Shown here one piece after another: positions 37,818-52,600 of a DNA stretch of 64,000 bases. The notes below the pieces were generated by a model. The model ran no database searches and was not told the origin of the DNA. It saw nothing but the letters and a program-made list of their open reading frames with translations. Source of the stretch: Saccostrea cucullata (lineage: Eukaryota); the NCBI RefSeq assembly GCF_032062105.1, contig NW_026931150.1:186001-250000 (forward strand). Direction: 5' to 3'. Position 1 is the stretch's first letter. Each line of letters opens with the position of its first letter. The position numbers were made by a program, and so were the translations under genes.

Positions 37818-39762
37818 TCGATAAAATTGATTTGCAAACGAATCAAACGTTAATTTTTCTGCTACTTAGTAACTACGGTGTCAGATGAGGGATACAGGAC
37901 TGCAATGGGCGCAGAGAAGGTATAGAGACAATAAGTACTTACATCGTAAGAGTATGTAAACAAAGGAAAAACTTATTCATATTTGCCAATAAAAGTCAAG
38001 TGTAACGTTAATATGAATTTAAAAAATAACAATATTACAGGATATGTGGTTTTAAAAGCGTGAAAACCAACTGAATTAAATCCAGTTATTTAAAAAACTA
38101 GAAACCTTTACATTTATCAATATTTCCCAAATGTCCTGTTCCTGGCTGGACACATTTGTGAATAATTTTTTTAGTCCGTTGCTTCAAGCAAAATGCAAAG
38201 GGTAACTAGAACGGCTGAAAGAATCCTGACTTGAAATATGATATCCATTTTAGAAAAAAGAGAAAATTTATTTTTGTGGCAATCAGTTTGACGTCTAACT
38301 GCAGATCACATTAAATATAGATACAGTTATGTTGAAGTACAATAAGTTCAACTAATTGGTCTATACAAGTCTCACCTTTCATGCTACCTGAATATCCGCT
38401 AATATGAAATACACCTGTAGATTATTTATCAGTTAATTGGATCTCTCAGGTAATTTTATAAGTCGAAAGGGAATGTCATTGAAAAGTTGTTCAAGACTGT
38501 GTGATAGTGTTAATGGAAGGTCAGCATTAATCGTTATGTAACTGTACAGTGTACTCAAGATATACAGGAAAAAAAATCACACCGCCTTTCGTAACAAGTC
38601 ATTGATATGTATTTTTTAAAATCCTATCATAATGATACCTCAAGAAGCCTTTGGGTTTTTTTCATGAGTGAAATTTTATACAACAAATCCCTGTGCCGCA
38701 AGGAAATTCCCTATAGATTTTGAGGTCAAAAGTTAAGGTTATAAATTAAAAAAAATCTCTGTTTTAAGACTTCCGCAATGATCAAGGTCGGTAAAATTGA
38801 TTTGCAAACGAAACAAACAATAAGTTTTCTGGATGGCGCTGCTAGTTAGTAACTACGGTGTCAGATGAAAATATAGGATGCAATTTGCGCAGAGAAGGTA
38901 TAGAGTCAATAAGTACTTACATGGTAAGAGTATGTAAAAAAGGAAAAATTTGACATATTTGCCAATAAAAGTCAAGTGTAACGTTAATATGAATTTAAAA
39001 AATAACAATATTACAGGATATGTGGTTTTAAAAACTTTGTGAAAACCAACTGAATTAAATCCAGTTATTTAAAAAACTAGAAACCTTTACATTTATTTTT
39101 TAAATGTCCTGTTCCTGGCTGGACACATTTGTGAATAATTTTTTAGTCCGTTGCTTCAAGCAAAATGCAAAGGGTAACTAGAACGGCTGAAAGAATCCTG
39201 ACTTGAAATATGATATCCATTTTAGAAAAAAGAGAAAATTTATTTTTGTGGCAATCAGTTTGACGTCTAACTGCAGATCACATTAAATATAGATAGAGTT
39301 ATGTTGAAGTACAATAAGTTCATTTACTTTGTCTGTACACGAGACGTGCTACCTGAAAATCCGCTAAAATGAAATATAGATTATTTATCAGTTAATTGGA
39401 TCTCTCAGGTAATTTTACAAGTCAAATAGGAATGTCATTGAAAAATATAATACGGATTATTTAAGACTGTGTGATAGTGTTAATGGAAGGTCAGCATTAA
39501 TCGTTATGTAACTGTACAGTGTACTCTAGATATACAGGATCTTTAATAAATCACACCGCCTTTCGTAACAAGTCATTGATATTTTTTAAAATCCCATCAG
39601 AATGATACCTCAAGAAGCCTTTGGGGGTTTTTTTTCAGTGAAATTTTATACAACAAATCCCTGTGCCGCAAGGAAATTCCCTATAGATTTTGAGGTCAAA
39701 ATTTAAGGTTATAAATTAAAAAAAAAATCTCTGTTTTAAGACTTCCACAATGATCAAGGTCG
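37818..39762 (+). repeat. Direct tandem duplication of ~970 bp
   Basis: Copy 1 is 37818-38790 and copy 2 is 38788-39762; both run from TAAAATTGATTTGCAAACGAA to ATGATCAAGGTCG. Confidence 0.97.
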
Positions 39763-40625
39763 TAATTGCATATACCCTGTGAGTGAGGGAGGGTGTGTGT
39801 GTGTAAAGCTTTCATTTCTGGGCAAAATCTGGAGTCGGATTTTTTTTTTTTTTTTTTTTTGCAGTTTAATTTTATACCATAGCTGTTCATGGCCATGTCC
39901 AACTTAAAGTGCCATCCTCCCCCTTTGACCCCTCTCCCCTAGAACCGCATATACTTTTCTTTTTTCCTTCAGCGGGCGACACAAGATTCTCTGAATAAGC
40001 TTGTTTTCACAGCATCTCACTAATTGAAGTTTAGATATTCTTATGACTGTCATCCTTTATGGTAGATTGCACTTCTCCAAATTAATGAAAATACAACAAA
40101 ATCTCCATTGATCTTATTAAGTCTTTTGTTCTTTTGCCCTCCTGGGAGAAATTAAGACCAATCAAATTTCAAAATGGTGTAAAAGCGTATTTTGCTAATG
40201 CTTACTTAACTTGCCAAAATAAAAAAAAATTGCACCCATTTTCAAATACTTTACAATCTGCAAAAAATCATCATTTGGAAGTTTGAATACTGATTTTATC
40301 AACTGAGAGAGAAAAAGAAATTAACTAGAATTTTCGTCAACAAAAATAAATCAAAGGGCTCTTATGTAAAACTTTCCATTTTTTTATTAGATTCATTATA
40401 GCACAAAATAGCTCTTTTTTTAAAAAATAAAGATAGTCTGGTGATATATAATAATCATACCAAAGGCATCTATATACAATTGCAGATCCAAAAATAACCA
40501 TAAAATACACGATGAAACTATATGAGTCAAAAATCACGTAAGTATATACATTAAAAACATGATTAAAATTCCTCGATGATCACGAAAAAGTATTTTGCTT
40601 TATTTTGCTCCGCGGCCTTTTAAGA

Positions 40626-43600
40626 TCATTCTGAAGAAAACGTTACCTCTGTGTCATCGGAAGTGACTTTTCGTTTGAGTTCGCTTGGTTTCTTTGGGGC
40701 TGGAATGGTCACGGATTCAAGTTCTGCAAACTGGTACAAGAATAAAAAGGTATTCACAAAAATGGGTATCACGAGCGACAGCATGATGACCCCTGATACA
40801 GCACAAACACAACCCAACAATTTTCCTGCTATTGTCTTTGGAATCATATCACCGTACCCCACCGTTGTCATGGTGATCAATGTCCACCACCAGGCGTCCG
40901 GTATGCTTCGAAAATCTTCTGATAGTTCAAAAAAGAAAACAAGGTTAGAGAAAATCATCAGACCAATGAAAATGTACATGATAATGATGCAGAGGTCCTT
41001 CTTTCCAACCTTGACTGAGTAGTTTAGGACTTTAAAGGCAAGCACGTGACGCATAACTCGGACAATTCTGAGAACACGAAACATTTGAACGTACAATAAT
41101 AAGGACCAAGCGGTTCCATTATAATCTATTTCCAAGAAGTGGAGAACGAAACGACAATAGCTGGCCAAAAGAAGCAGAATTTCAACAATATTCATCAAGC
41201 CACACGTGTACGCGAGTAATGCAGGGCAGGTAAGAATTCGCATCACCTGCTCAGCGGTGAAGAAAATGGTGGTGGCGATTTCTATGTAGAAGAACACGGT
41301 CGTTCCTTGGTCAATTGTCTGCTGCAAAGAGGGGATCTTCTTGTGCACGGATTCTGGAAAAATACTAGTCATAAAATCCGAACCATCGCGTTCAATAGAC
41401 TTGTTCAGACTTACTGCCAAACTTTTTGAGGATGTGAGTTTGTCGTACAGAAGCTTGCAGTAGTCAGGGGGAGGAGAAGCCGTGGGTACTGCCTCAGGTG
41501 GAGCCTCTTTTACTCGGAATTCAGGTAACGTGCTAATGGCAACTCCGAAGATCGACAGTAAAATGAAACTCGTAGACACGAAGAAATAGATCTGAAAAAT
41601 AAAATATTAAATTGGAATTAAAAACTTGTTTTTCAAATGTTTTTATCTTTAATTCATGTTAAATATGAAGTGTGGAGCTTAAAGGCGGCAAGATAAGCTG
41701 GGACCGCTTCATGCTTGAGTGAAAGTGAACGCCGGGTTCAGAGCTGACACCGAGCGAACACACGGCGAACCAAAGATCGCACCAAAAGCACACCCATATT
41801 TTTTAACAACAGACCCAAAGAAAACGCAAGGGGAACCCGAAGTTCGCTTTGATGGTTCGCTCTGTTGTTACCTATACGTTATGTTTGGACTATACTGTAC
41901 CTGGCGAAATTGAAAACATTGTCACAACTAAATTAATGGATCTCTTTAACCCCCCCCCCCCCCCCCCCGAAATGTTGAACTAATTTGCACATCGCCTTTG
42001 CCTTAAGAAGCCTGCTCACTTTTTTGAGCTTACATGTAAATTTTATTTTATTTCCGGACGTGAAGACCAGGCCCCGGGTCCATCTCAGTATCGTTTTTCT
42101 ACTTTTAGTTCCTTTAGTGTGAGACTGAGATCAAGAGCAAGATCATCTGAGTTTTATGGCCCCAGAGGTAGTCCCTGGGGTGAGATGGTATAAAGTGAGT
42201 TCCCCTTGTCGCAATAGGTTTTGGCACGAAAAATATCTCGGTGCTAATAGTCCGTAAGTACAAGTACTGCTATGACTCTGCAATCCTCCACTTTCAAGTG
42301 TTGGTGTCGGAATATGAAAGAAAACTTCTTGAAGGGTGTTGAACAAACAAACCCTTTTTAGGTTTTATTTAAAACTTAAGAGTCATTCACTTCAGGCCGT
42401 TAGGGAGTAACCATGTTTTTCATAGAAACAGATACTTGATTTGAACCGAACATGAGAAGATGACTGTGTTTAATTTATCGGTTATAAGGGTTACTGTTTG
42501 CTATCCGAGACAAATTTAACATGAAAGGAGAGAAAATATTAATGCAGGTATCATGTTTATTAGATCTATATCTGATACAATCCTGAAAGACATTAAAAGG
42601 ATTAAAATTTATCGGCTAAATCTTTTATAAAGTTAAAAAATAATGCATTATACTAAAATAAAATAAATATCCAAAATTATAATTATATAGAAAAACATTT
42701 GATACTTGGGCACCATGATTAGATTAATGAAAGTTCGAATCAACCAAATACATAGAGTAATTTTGTATTTGCCTATCACTTTTGTTTAAAAGTTTCAGAC
42801 TTTCTAAGGAAAAGAAGTTGTATTTGGACCATAGCTAAGTTGGGTTTACTGTTGCTTCCTCTGTACATGCCAGCAAATTAAGACTGAACACCGGCATCTG
42901 CAAAGACACGTTACATGATTCGATCACCACGCTGAAAAAAAAAAACCCTGGTGAATTTAACTAGTGTGTCTCGTAAAGCATTTGTCGTGATTAGTAAACT
43001 TTCAGTTTACTGGTGAAGATAGTGTGTTGTGGAACGGGGATCGTATAGATAACTATATACCTAGTGAAACTTACTCATCAATTCTAGATTTACTTATCTT
43101 ATCTATTGTAAATATACCCAATACCTAGTAAAACTACTCTTAAGGTAGTGATTGTATGGACAGTAAATTTACTAGTTTTCTTAGTGACTTTACCTGGTTA
43201 TTTTTTATCAGTGCACGGTGGTATGGTAAACCAAAATCGAACATCTTTATCCCAAACTCGATGGAGTCGCCTGCGTGGAACAGTGATTAGAGTGTCTTCT
43301 CTAGAGTTGCGAAGTAAGGAGTTGATCCTTACGTCGCGGGTTTGAATCCCACTGTGGGAGGTGGAGACCGATCCTTCGGATGAGACCGTATAAACCGAGG
43401 TCTCGTGTCGCAGTAGGTACTGGCACAAAAAAGATCCTCACTGCTCAATGGCCCTCAGTGCTGAGCATAGGACAAATTTTGCAGCTCTCCACCGGTTAGT
43501 GGTGGCGTCTCCATATGAGTGAAAACATTCTCGAGAGGGATGTTAAACGGCATACAATCAACCAACCGACCAAACTCAATGGCCCCATGAACAGCACAAT

Positions 43601-46600
43601 TTTAGAGGAATCTCAAGAGATATCAAGCGTAATATACTTTTTAAAAAAATAAGTGGTTGAGATTTTATCACTTGACATATCCATGATATTTGAAATTCTA
43701 ATAGTAGCGACACAAAGTTCAGTTGTATTTCCTATGAAACAAATTGAAAAGGAATTGTTCGGTAGATGTAAGCAGCCTAGGAATCATTTTCATGGGCGAA
43801 GATAAGTACCAATCACAATTCTTTTTCCATTAATCTACATCTTTACCGCATACAGTTATCCGACCAAGGGGTCCAGAGAAACAACTTTTAGAATAATCCT
43901 TTTTATGACTTTCAGAAAAGACGGTTATTGTATACATGTATAGCGGTATTGGTCTGGATGCAAATTTTTCGCACAGAAGCTTACACGACAAAATCATTAA
44001 CGACGAATTAATTTCCGCATTAATTCCAGATCATACACAAATCTATTAAATCTCTCGTATGTTTTTTTTTATTTTCATTCTTTTTGATTATTTTTTACTG
44101 TTTCAAACTAAAAAGCATGTTCGTGTTAATTATCCTACGTACATTTACATATCTATTCAGCTATGATATTATATGATATACCGGTATTTTGTGTATCGTC
44201 GGATTCAAGAGAATGTAAAGACGAAGTGAGTCCCTTCACTTTCTTTTCTGCTGAAATGTTGGGAAAGTGATAACCTAATCAAAAGAGGTACATTAAGATA
44301 TACATTAAACATTAAGATGACGCCCTTTTACTACAAATCGGAGAAAAGCAAGATGTGTTTGTGAAACACTGATGCCCCCTGTGGCTGTATTATGCAAAGA
44401 TTGAAGTTTTTCAAATGTAAATCAGAATCCAAGATCAACATTCTTGGTATCCAGAGAAAGGTCTTATCTCAAGGAATACACATGTGAAATATTTAAGTCC
44501 TAGTTCTAAGTTTTCAAAACTTATGGCCATGGTTAAAGTTTTTGAAAAGTGGGTCAAACTCTGAGGTCAAGGTAAAAAAAAATATTTATATCCATCGAAA
44601 GGTCTTGTCTCAATAAATACCCGTATGAAGTATGAATACCCTAGCAGCAACTGTTCAAAAGTTATGGCCAAGGTTAAAGTTCCATATTTGTTTGTAAAAG
44701 TGTGCCAAACTCGAATGTCAAGAGGTTAAATTCGGTGAAACCCGAAAAAAAGTCTTGTTACAAGGAATAAACCTTTGAAATGTGAAAGTCATAGCTCCAC
44801 CAATTCAATGGGCAAGGTTAAAGTTTTGGCGGGTTAACAGACAGACAACGAGACAGACAGATGGTCATGGCAAAAACTATATAATTCCGAATAATCTTCA
44901 GTAGCGGGAGCATAAGTCAAAAATGAACAGATGCGAGTAGATGGACGCGATGAAGGATACGGCGACCATTAACTTCGTTTTCCCCTGAATCCAGCATACA
45001 CAGAAAGAATTTGCATAGTGGAATAAAATGAAAATGAACTCTGGAATGGAATTATGAAATAGTTGTAAAAACAGACGCTATTGCTAGAACAAATTACCAG
45101 CATATAAGAATTTAATATTGTTGATGTAAAAAGAAAATACATGTAACATCAAAAATATGTCGGTTGCGACGGACGAAACCTAAGATCGTGTTAAAATGTA
45201 TTATATACGGCACTATATCTGGATGTAGTCTATTATCAAAGATTTAGAGCAGTAAAGTGACATTATTTTTTCATATTTGTTGACATATTGGTGCCGTCTT
45301 GTATCCTGTCAGCTAATGCTTAGTATTCTGTTTGTTTCTTTTTTTCAAATCCGCAATTAAGTCTTCATATTTCTGTGGGGAAAACGATTTTTATTTGCCT
45401 GTTAAATCTTTTTGACTACGCTGTTGAACTGTAAAGTTGTTCAAGATTTTGTTTATTATGATTTTTTTGCATAATATTTGTTGCATCCAATTTAATGTTT
45501 TCTATATATTGTCTTCGTATTACGGTATGTTCTGATATTGTGAGTGGTGTTTTTGTTGGTAGATATCCCTTATATGATTTCAAGATTCCAAAAGCGTTTC
45601 AAAGCTTAGGAATTACTGCGATCCACTGTTTTCTCTGTTAGTCCTGATAAAGGATATCCTAATGTAGATTTCCCTCTCCTCGAATTAATTGGTCATGCAC
45701 ATCACTTCACTAGTTAGCTGCACCAATCAACGATAGTAGAGAAAATTATAAGTGCCTTCAATCAGAGCTTTAAATGTAATCGGTGATAAGAGAAACGATA
45801 TAGTCCTAGATTCACATCCTAAATGCCTCTGAATCATAAGTTGCTAACTGCAATATTTTTTCACTGGGAATCGAACCTTCCTTAGCACCACATTCCTCCC
45901 TTCTATTGACCCCAGATGGCAGCAACCCAGGATCTTTTCTTACCTGTCACTGACTGATATTTCTAATACTTATGTGACCTTTCTGAATTTTTAGTTAGAA
46001 TGAAATCAGAAGTTTCTGTTTTTATCCTACACTATATCACTTACTGGAATCCCCTGTATCCTGTCTTTAAAAAAGTCTTTTGTCGCGAGGTAATTTTAGA
46101 GGAATAAATAAATGGTTTACAATAATGAGGCTTGATCAAGGACATTTGGTACAATATATTTGAAAAGAGAAAAGTCTCTAGAAGTTAACTAGTGTTTATT
46201 GAAGTAGGTTGATGATTGATGAAATGATGAAACATTGGCTTGAAGCGGGATGGCTGAAATTGAGTTAGGTACCTTGTGGTAAAAATAAGTAGGAATCGAT
46301 GCCTTTTATACGAAACAAGTGCCTGTGGTTCATTTTCAGGGGGCCTCAACAAAAACCAATATAAACTATATTTTCCTATGTTTCGACTTAAGCTTACAAT
46401 TAATACTTGAATCAAATATTTTATTCACAAAGAGTATTGATTTTAGTGGGACACTAAATTCTTGTGCCGGGTTCTTTTTCTTTTTACGGCGAAGACACAA
46501 TCCAGGTTCCTTATTCCAGTATAAAATAGAAGCATCTCGCCCCGTCCTCTATGACCCATTTGTAAGACTACACGATATCTCGCCCTTATTTAGGATTACT

Positions 46601-49600
46601 GCACCTTGTATCTCCAAATCCTCTGGTTGACTTTTCACCAGATCTTTGACTTCAACCCAAGTCTTCCTAACTTCTCTCTCTAATACTGTTTTTGGCCACT
46701 TCTTTTCTAAATTCTTGTTCTCTTCTGTTCCCGGAATAACCAATGCTGTGCCTCGGCAGCGCTTTATATACCAAAGGGCTATATCTATCTAATCAAGATT
46801 TCGGTCAATTCCATTAGTCCAGATTAGATCACTGTTTGGAAGGCACATGCTCATTGTTGTTGTATCATTTATAACTCATTACAAAGTAGTGTTTTTCTTG
46901 GGATTAAAATTTTCCATGTTTCATCCTACTACACTGTAAAAACAGTATTAATATAACATCGCGTGTAAAAAAAAAATAGAGTAAACATTAGATACAAGAA
47001 TAGAGTAAATATTAGATATCAAGTATCAATTATGGTATTCCAATAAATACATCTCTTAATTGAAACTTATGATTGCAACTGCCAACTGCCGCGAGCTGAC
47101 ACCGTGAATTATTGACTGCTACCGCTTTCACATATTATTGTAAATACATGTATTTATAGGTTTATAATTATAATAATGTTCGAACAAATTGTTTGTAAGT
47201 TATAATGTAACAACAAAGCAGACCTGGGCAGATCAGGAATATTTTTCCGCTTGGAGGGGGTTGGCGGAGGGTCTTTTTATTCGTCTCACTTGTTGACTGC
47301 ATTTAAGCAAACGCAAAATTTGCTACAAAATGAACTTTCAAAACGAACATTTTCCTTTTATATAATTGCAGTAATGAATTCAGGATTTAACCTTTACGTA
47401 CGGAATGACATTAGATAAAAATTTGTATTTACCAAGTACATGTATATGAATCTGTTTTCGTAGGCAGTGTCAACTCTATTTTTTTTTATCTCCATAGGAT
47501 AATGAGGACGCGTACGTTTTTATTGGCTTGATACATATTTAGCACGTTTGTCTTATTGCTCACCGTTATATATTAGTTGTATAATTGTGTACATATAAAG
47601 TTGTGTCAAAAGGAGATACATGTAAATAGACCAACATGTGCCCATGGTTTAAAACTGAAAAATCTGTTTCTTATTCTCTCTGTCTCTCTCTCTTTCTCTC
47701 TCTCTATTGTATGTTGATTCTTTAACATTACTTCGAGAATTTTTACTCATTGACACGACACAATTGTCCGGTGTAACGACGAAAAGTGACCCATGTAGAA
47801 TGGAGGTCATTTTTACCCCCTAGTCAATATTCTATGTAGAGAAATGACCCACTTGTTAGTAGAAATTATGGCATTCGGGTCATTTTTCTCGGTGAGGATT
47901 GTAGTAAAATGACCCTAAAGAATAATTTTGTGAAAAATATATAAAGCTCGCTTTTGATTCCAGTCTCACTTTTTCCAAAGGATTTAATAGTGAAAAAGCG
48001 AGACGGAGATCAAAAGTGAGCTTGTCTAAGTTTTATGGCCCCCGAGGCCTGAACTGTGCAAAAAAGTATTGTTAGTCTCTTCAAAGCTAATGAATCCCTT
48101 ATTTTAATGTACATGCACATCTTTCCTCGCACAAATGAAATATTATAAGTACATGTAACAATATTAGTGCATACAGAAACAATGGACATAAAAGAGCAAA
48201 GAAGACCGGGTGAAGCGGGGACCGCCAATAATGGGAGTAAGACGACGAGGGGTGAAAGCCTTAGGGAAACCCAGCTCCGACTAGATCCCTTTTGACAACC
48301 ACACAAACATTCACCATCGGACAATAGAACGTGAGAACAATGTATAGAGGAGAAGCATCAGCATAGATTGCGAGAAAAATGGAAGGATAACATCTGGACA
48401 TTTTGGGAAACAGTGAGTGCAGATGGACAGGAGCTGGGAAGATGAGACTGGCCTCGGGCCAGACCATCATGTACAGCGAGGATAAAGAACTGCATGAGGT
48501 AGGAGTTATGATCAGCCAGCAGGCAATGAAGTCACTCATGGAATCGACACCTGTCAGTAAGAGAATCATAATAGCACGATTCTATTCAAGATACAGGAGT
48601 GTCGGTGATCCAAGCATATGCGCCAGATAATGAAAAGGAAGAGGAGGAGAAAGACCAATTCTATCAGGAGTTACAAGAGACCTTGGATGGATGTAATAAA
48701 AACGGCGTCATTATTATCATGGGGGACCTTAACGCCAAGGTCAGACCAATCACAGGAACACTATTTCCCTCACAAAGATATACACAAAGCAACATGGGTG
48801 TCTGCTACTGGAACAGCGAGAAACTAGATTGACCATCTCATCAGCGGACAGTGGAGATCTTCTATTTTTGACACTAAGGTTCAGAGGGGAGCGGATGCCA
48901 ACAGCGACCATTACCTGGTGAAGACCCGAATCAGGCTACGACTCAGCACACACAAGAATAAGAACAAGTTGAAACCAAGATTGGATGTAGAACGCCTCAA
49001 AAACAATGAAGTAAAAGCAAAGTTCAATGACTATGTGAGGAAAAAATTAGAAGTGCTAAGGGAATAGACTGAAGATATCGAGAATATTCGGGAACAGCAG
49101 GAGATGACATATGTGAATTCAGCAGAGGAAGTACTTGGATACAGGAAAGGCAAAAGTAAACCTTGAATCAGCGAAAACACCTGGAAGGTGATAGATGAAA
49201 GTAAAGACAAAGATAGAGAGCACAAGATTAGAAAGAGTTAAGACAATGATGAAGGAAAATTACAGGGAAAAAGACAAAGCAGTCAAGAAAAGTACGAGAG
49301 AGGACAAGAGGAGATGGATGGCAGAGAAAGCTGAGCGAGCACAGAAAGCAGCCGAGAACAGAAGGCAGAAGGAACTGTACAGCATAGTAAAACAGCTGAC
49401 AAGAAAGAGTAATAAACAAACAGCAGCGGTGAAGAGCAAAGATGGAGAGCTGCTGAAAAATAAAGAAGCGAGGCTTGCCAGATGGAAGAAACATTTTGAG
49501 GAAGTACTCAATAGAGACACTCCAGAGTGACCACCACAAGATGGACATGATGAAGGAGAAGAGCTAGACATCTCAGTTGAGCCAACCACCTTGCAGGAAA

Positions 49601-52600
49601 TAAGGACTGCACTGAAAACGCTTTGAAATGGGAAGGCCCCTGGAGCAGATCAAATAACTGCAGAAATGTTAAAGGCAGACCTTGATAAGAGCAGCCAGGA
49701 ATTGAAGCACACCTTTGACCAGATATGGAAGAAGGAAAAAGTACCCAAAGAATGGACAAGCGGACTGATCTGTAAACTTCACAAGAGAGGCAACTTACAG
49801 GACTGCAGCAACTGGAGGGGAGTCACATTGCTGCCCCTAGCCAACAAAGCACTCAGCAGGATCATCATTTACAGAGTACAGACTGGAGTTGACCACACCC
49901 AGAGGAAAGAGCAGGCAGGGTTCCGGAGAGGGAGAGGGACTGTAAACCAGATCTTCATCCTCGGGAACATCCTAGAGCAAGTCAACGAGTGGAATGCTAC
50001 ACTGTACTTTTGGACTTTGATAAAGCTTTCGACTCGGTGCACAAAGACAGTTTTTGGGTCATCATGAAGAAATATGGAATACTCAGAAAACTGATTTTGA
50101 TGGTCAAAACCCTGTATGACAAATTTCAGTGCTCTGTGATTGATGACAACAAGACCACAGACCCTTTTCCTGTGATGACTGGTGTTAAACAAGGATGCTG
50201 TATGTCAGGCTTCTTGTTCCTCCTAGTAATAGACTGGGTGATGCAACAGACTGTCAGAGGATAGAGAACAGGAATTAGATGGGACTTCACCACTATGCTT
50301 GAAAACCTCGACTTTGCAGACGACATTGTCATAAGCATTGAAACATCTTCAGTCTAAGACAACAAAACTGGAAGAACATTCTGCAAAAGTTGGATTGAAG
50401 CTGAATGCTAAGAAATGCAAAGTGATGAAGATAAATAGCAAGAGTGAAATCAGCCTGACAGTTGGAAACGGTGAAGCCGAAGAGGTGGACAGTTTCAGTT
50501 ACCTCGGCGCCAATGTCACCAAGGATGGAGGAGGAACTGCTGATATCAGGAAGAGGATAGCACTGGCTGACGCATCCTTCAGGAGGCTAGCCAACATCTG
50601 GAACGCTACAGACAACAGTAAAAAGACAAAAGTCTCCCTCTTGAAGAGCCTGGTCCTCTCTGTATTATTATATGGATGCGAGACATGGAAGCTTAGCAAG
50701 ACAGAGAAAAAGAAAATTGACATCTTTGAGACCAAGTGCCCCAGAAGGATCCTTAAGGTCAAATGGCAGTAGCATATCTCAAACAAGACAGTTCTGGAGA
50801 TGGCAGAAAGCATCGGTGGCAAGGTAAGGAGGAAGAGATGGAATTAAATCGGCCACTTGCTTACAAAGGATCCAACAGATAACCGTGTTGTGGCCCTCGG
50901 GTGGACGCCTAAAGGGAGAAGGAAGCAAGGTCGCCCCAAGACAACATGGCGATGGATGGTGGAGGTGGAGCGAAACAATGCTGGCTGGAAATCCTGGAAC
51001 ACGGCACGCCGTGCAGCCTCAAACCGACCCCAGTGGAGAAGAGATGTCCAGGCCTTGTGTGCCTCCTTGCACGAAGAGAATTAAGCTTTAGGTACATTTT
51101 AAAGTATAAAAATATCAGGAGACATAGACATCTATATTCCCCATCCCCAGGATTAATGCGTATCACATCTCATTTCATAAGGTTTTATTATATAAAAAAG
51201 AAGGGGGTCAAATTTATTCAACGTGTGTGGAGTCGTAGAATAACCGGCCTGTAGGGGTTTTCTACGTTCGAAAAATGACCCTACTTGTAGAATATTGACA
51301 AGGGGGTCATATTTCTACGTAGAAAAATGATCCCTTACTCAATATTCTACTTGGTCACATTTCGTCGTTACGTGGCGACTGGCTGCAAATTTAGATCTGT
51401 ATTGGACACTTACGGCCTTTGAGCAATGAGGGATCTGTTTCATGCCATAACTTGACCGGTTCCTACATAGACGCCGCTTCTACTACGATCAAAGCGTGGT
51501 TGAAATCGTGGCCGATCGTGACAAATCGCAGAAAAAATAAGCGCAGTATGATCGCAGTAGGGTTTTCATGATCGAAGAGCTCTACACTCTCGCCACTCTT
51601 ATTTTGAACATGATTAAAACAAGCATAGCGGGGTCGTGGCCAACAAGAATCGGGGTAAAGTCATAAAAAGAGCGTAGTAGAGGCGCCGTATTCGTACAAG
51701 CAGAGAGGAAGCATCGTGGAGAGATCGTGATCGTAGTAAAAGCGCAATAAAAGCGTAGGAACTTATCAAGTACACTCCTACAACTTTCCTACTACGTTCT
51801 TACTACGTGTCCACTACGATCTCTCTACGTTCCTGACGATCCTACGAAGACCTACAATAACCTTGACGACCATTTGCATTTGAGACTTCGGATTTTTCAC
51901 ATATTGTAAAGAACGTGAAAAATTTGCAATTGCAAGATATATATGCATCATCGCCAAAATCGTACTAAAAGCGTTATACAAACGAAACATGATGGGCACC
52001 ACCGTAGCGATATCGTCGTACAGTCGTCTAGGTCTTCGGCATCGGGTGACATAAGACTCCAGGGCTTTCCTGTCACCGAGGGGCAAATATTCTGGTATAG
52101 TCGCCCGAGAAGCCATGTGGTATATGTTATATGACATTTTTAAAATTAAAAGAAAATTTAAAATCATTCAAAATCGTTAAAATTTACACAAATAATCCAA
52201 AAATGCCTTCTTGACGTTAAGAAATACGCTGTGTTGTTTACTTTTGCTTAGCAACCGACGTCATAAAATCTCGAACCCGAACTAAAATGCGTAACGTAAA
52301 AACACGTGAACGTGATCTAAAGGGTGACATAACCGTTTCCGTCGGGGGTGACATAACTGTTTCCGGTGTGACTCAGCATTTTTCAGGGTTTATAGCGAAA
52401 CTTATTACATTTGTGATATAATAAGAAAACTTATTCAAAAATGTTATATAGTATGATATTGAATGTAGTCGCGGCAGCGTTGCGTAAACCCAGTACTTAA
52501 ACGCGGTCGCTGGACGGCAACAGTTTACGCAACATCGTAGTAGAAGGGTGTTACCAGTGCGTTTGACGTAGAGGCATCTTAGTACGGTCGTAATGAATAC

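Noticed and set aside
40651-41022. 123-aa plus-strand ORF
   Set aside because: Antisense shadow of the Kv channel exon.
45880-46780. Moderately complex sequence with short ORFs inside the Kv intron (possible nested gene)
   Set aside because: Stops in all frames, no recognisable motif and no phase-consistent exons; cannot be supported without a search.
48010-51254. Dense overlapping ORFs on both strands suggesting an operon or a novel RT system
   Set aside because: Frameshifted fragments and antisense shadows of one decayed RTE LINE; not a retron, DGR or group II intron.
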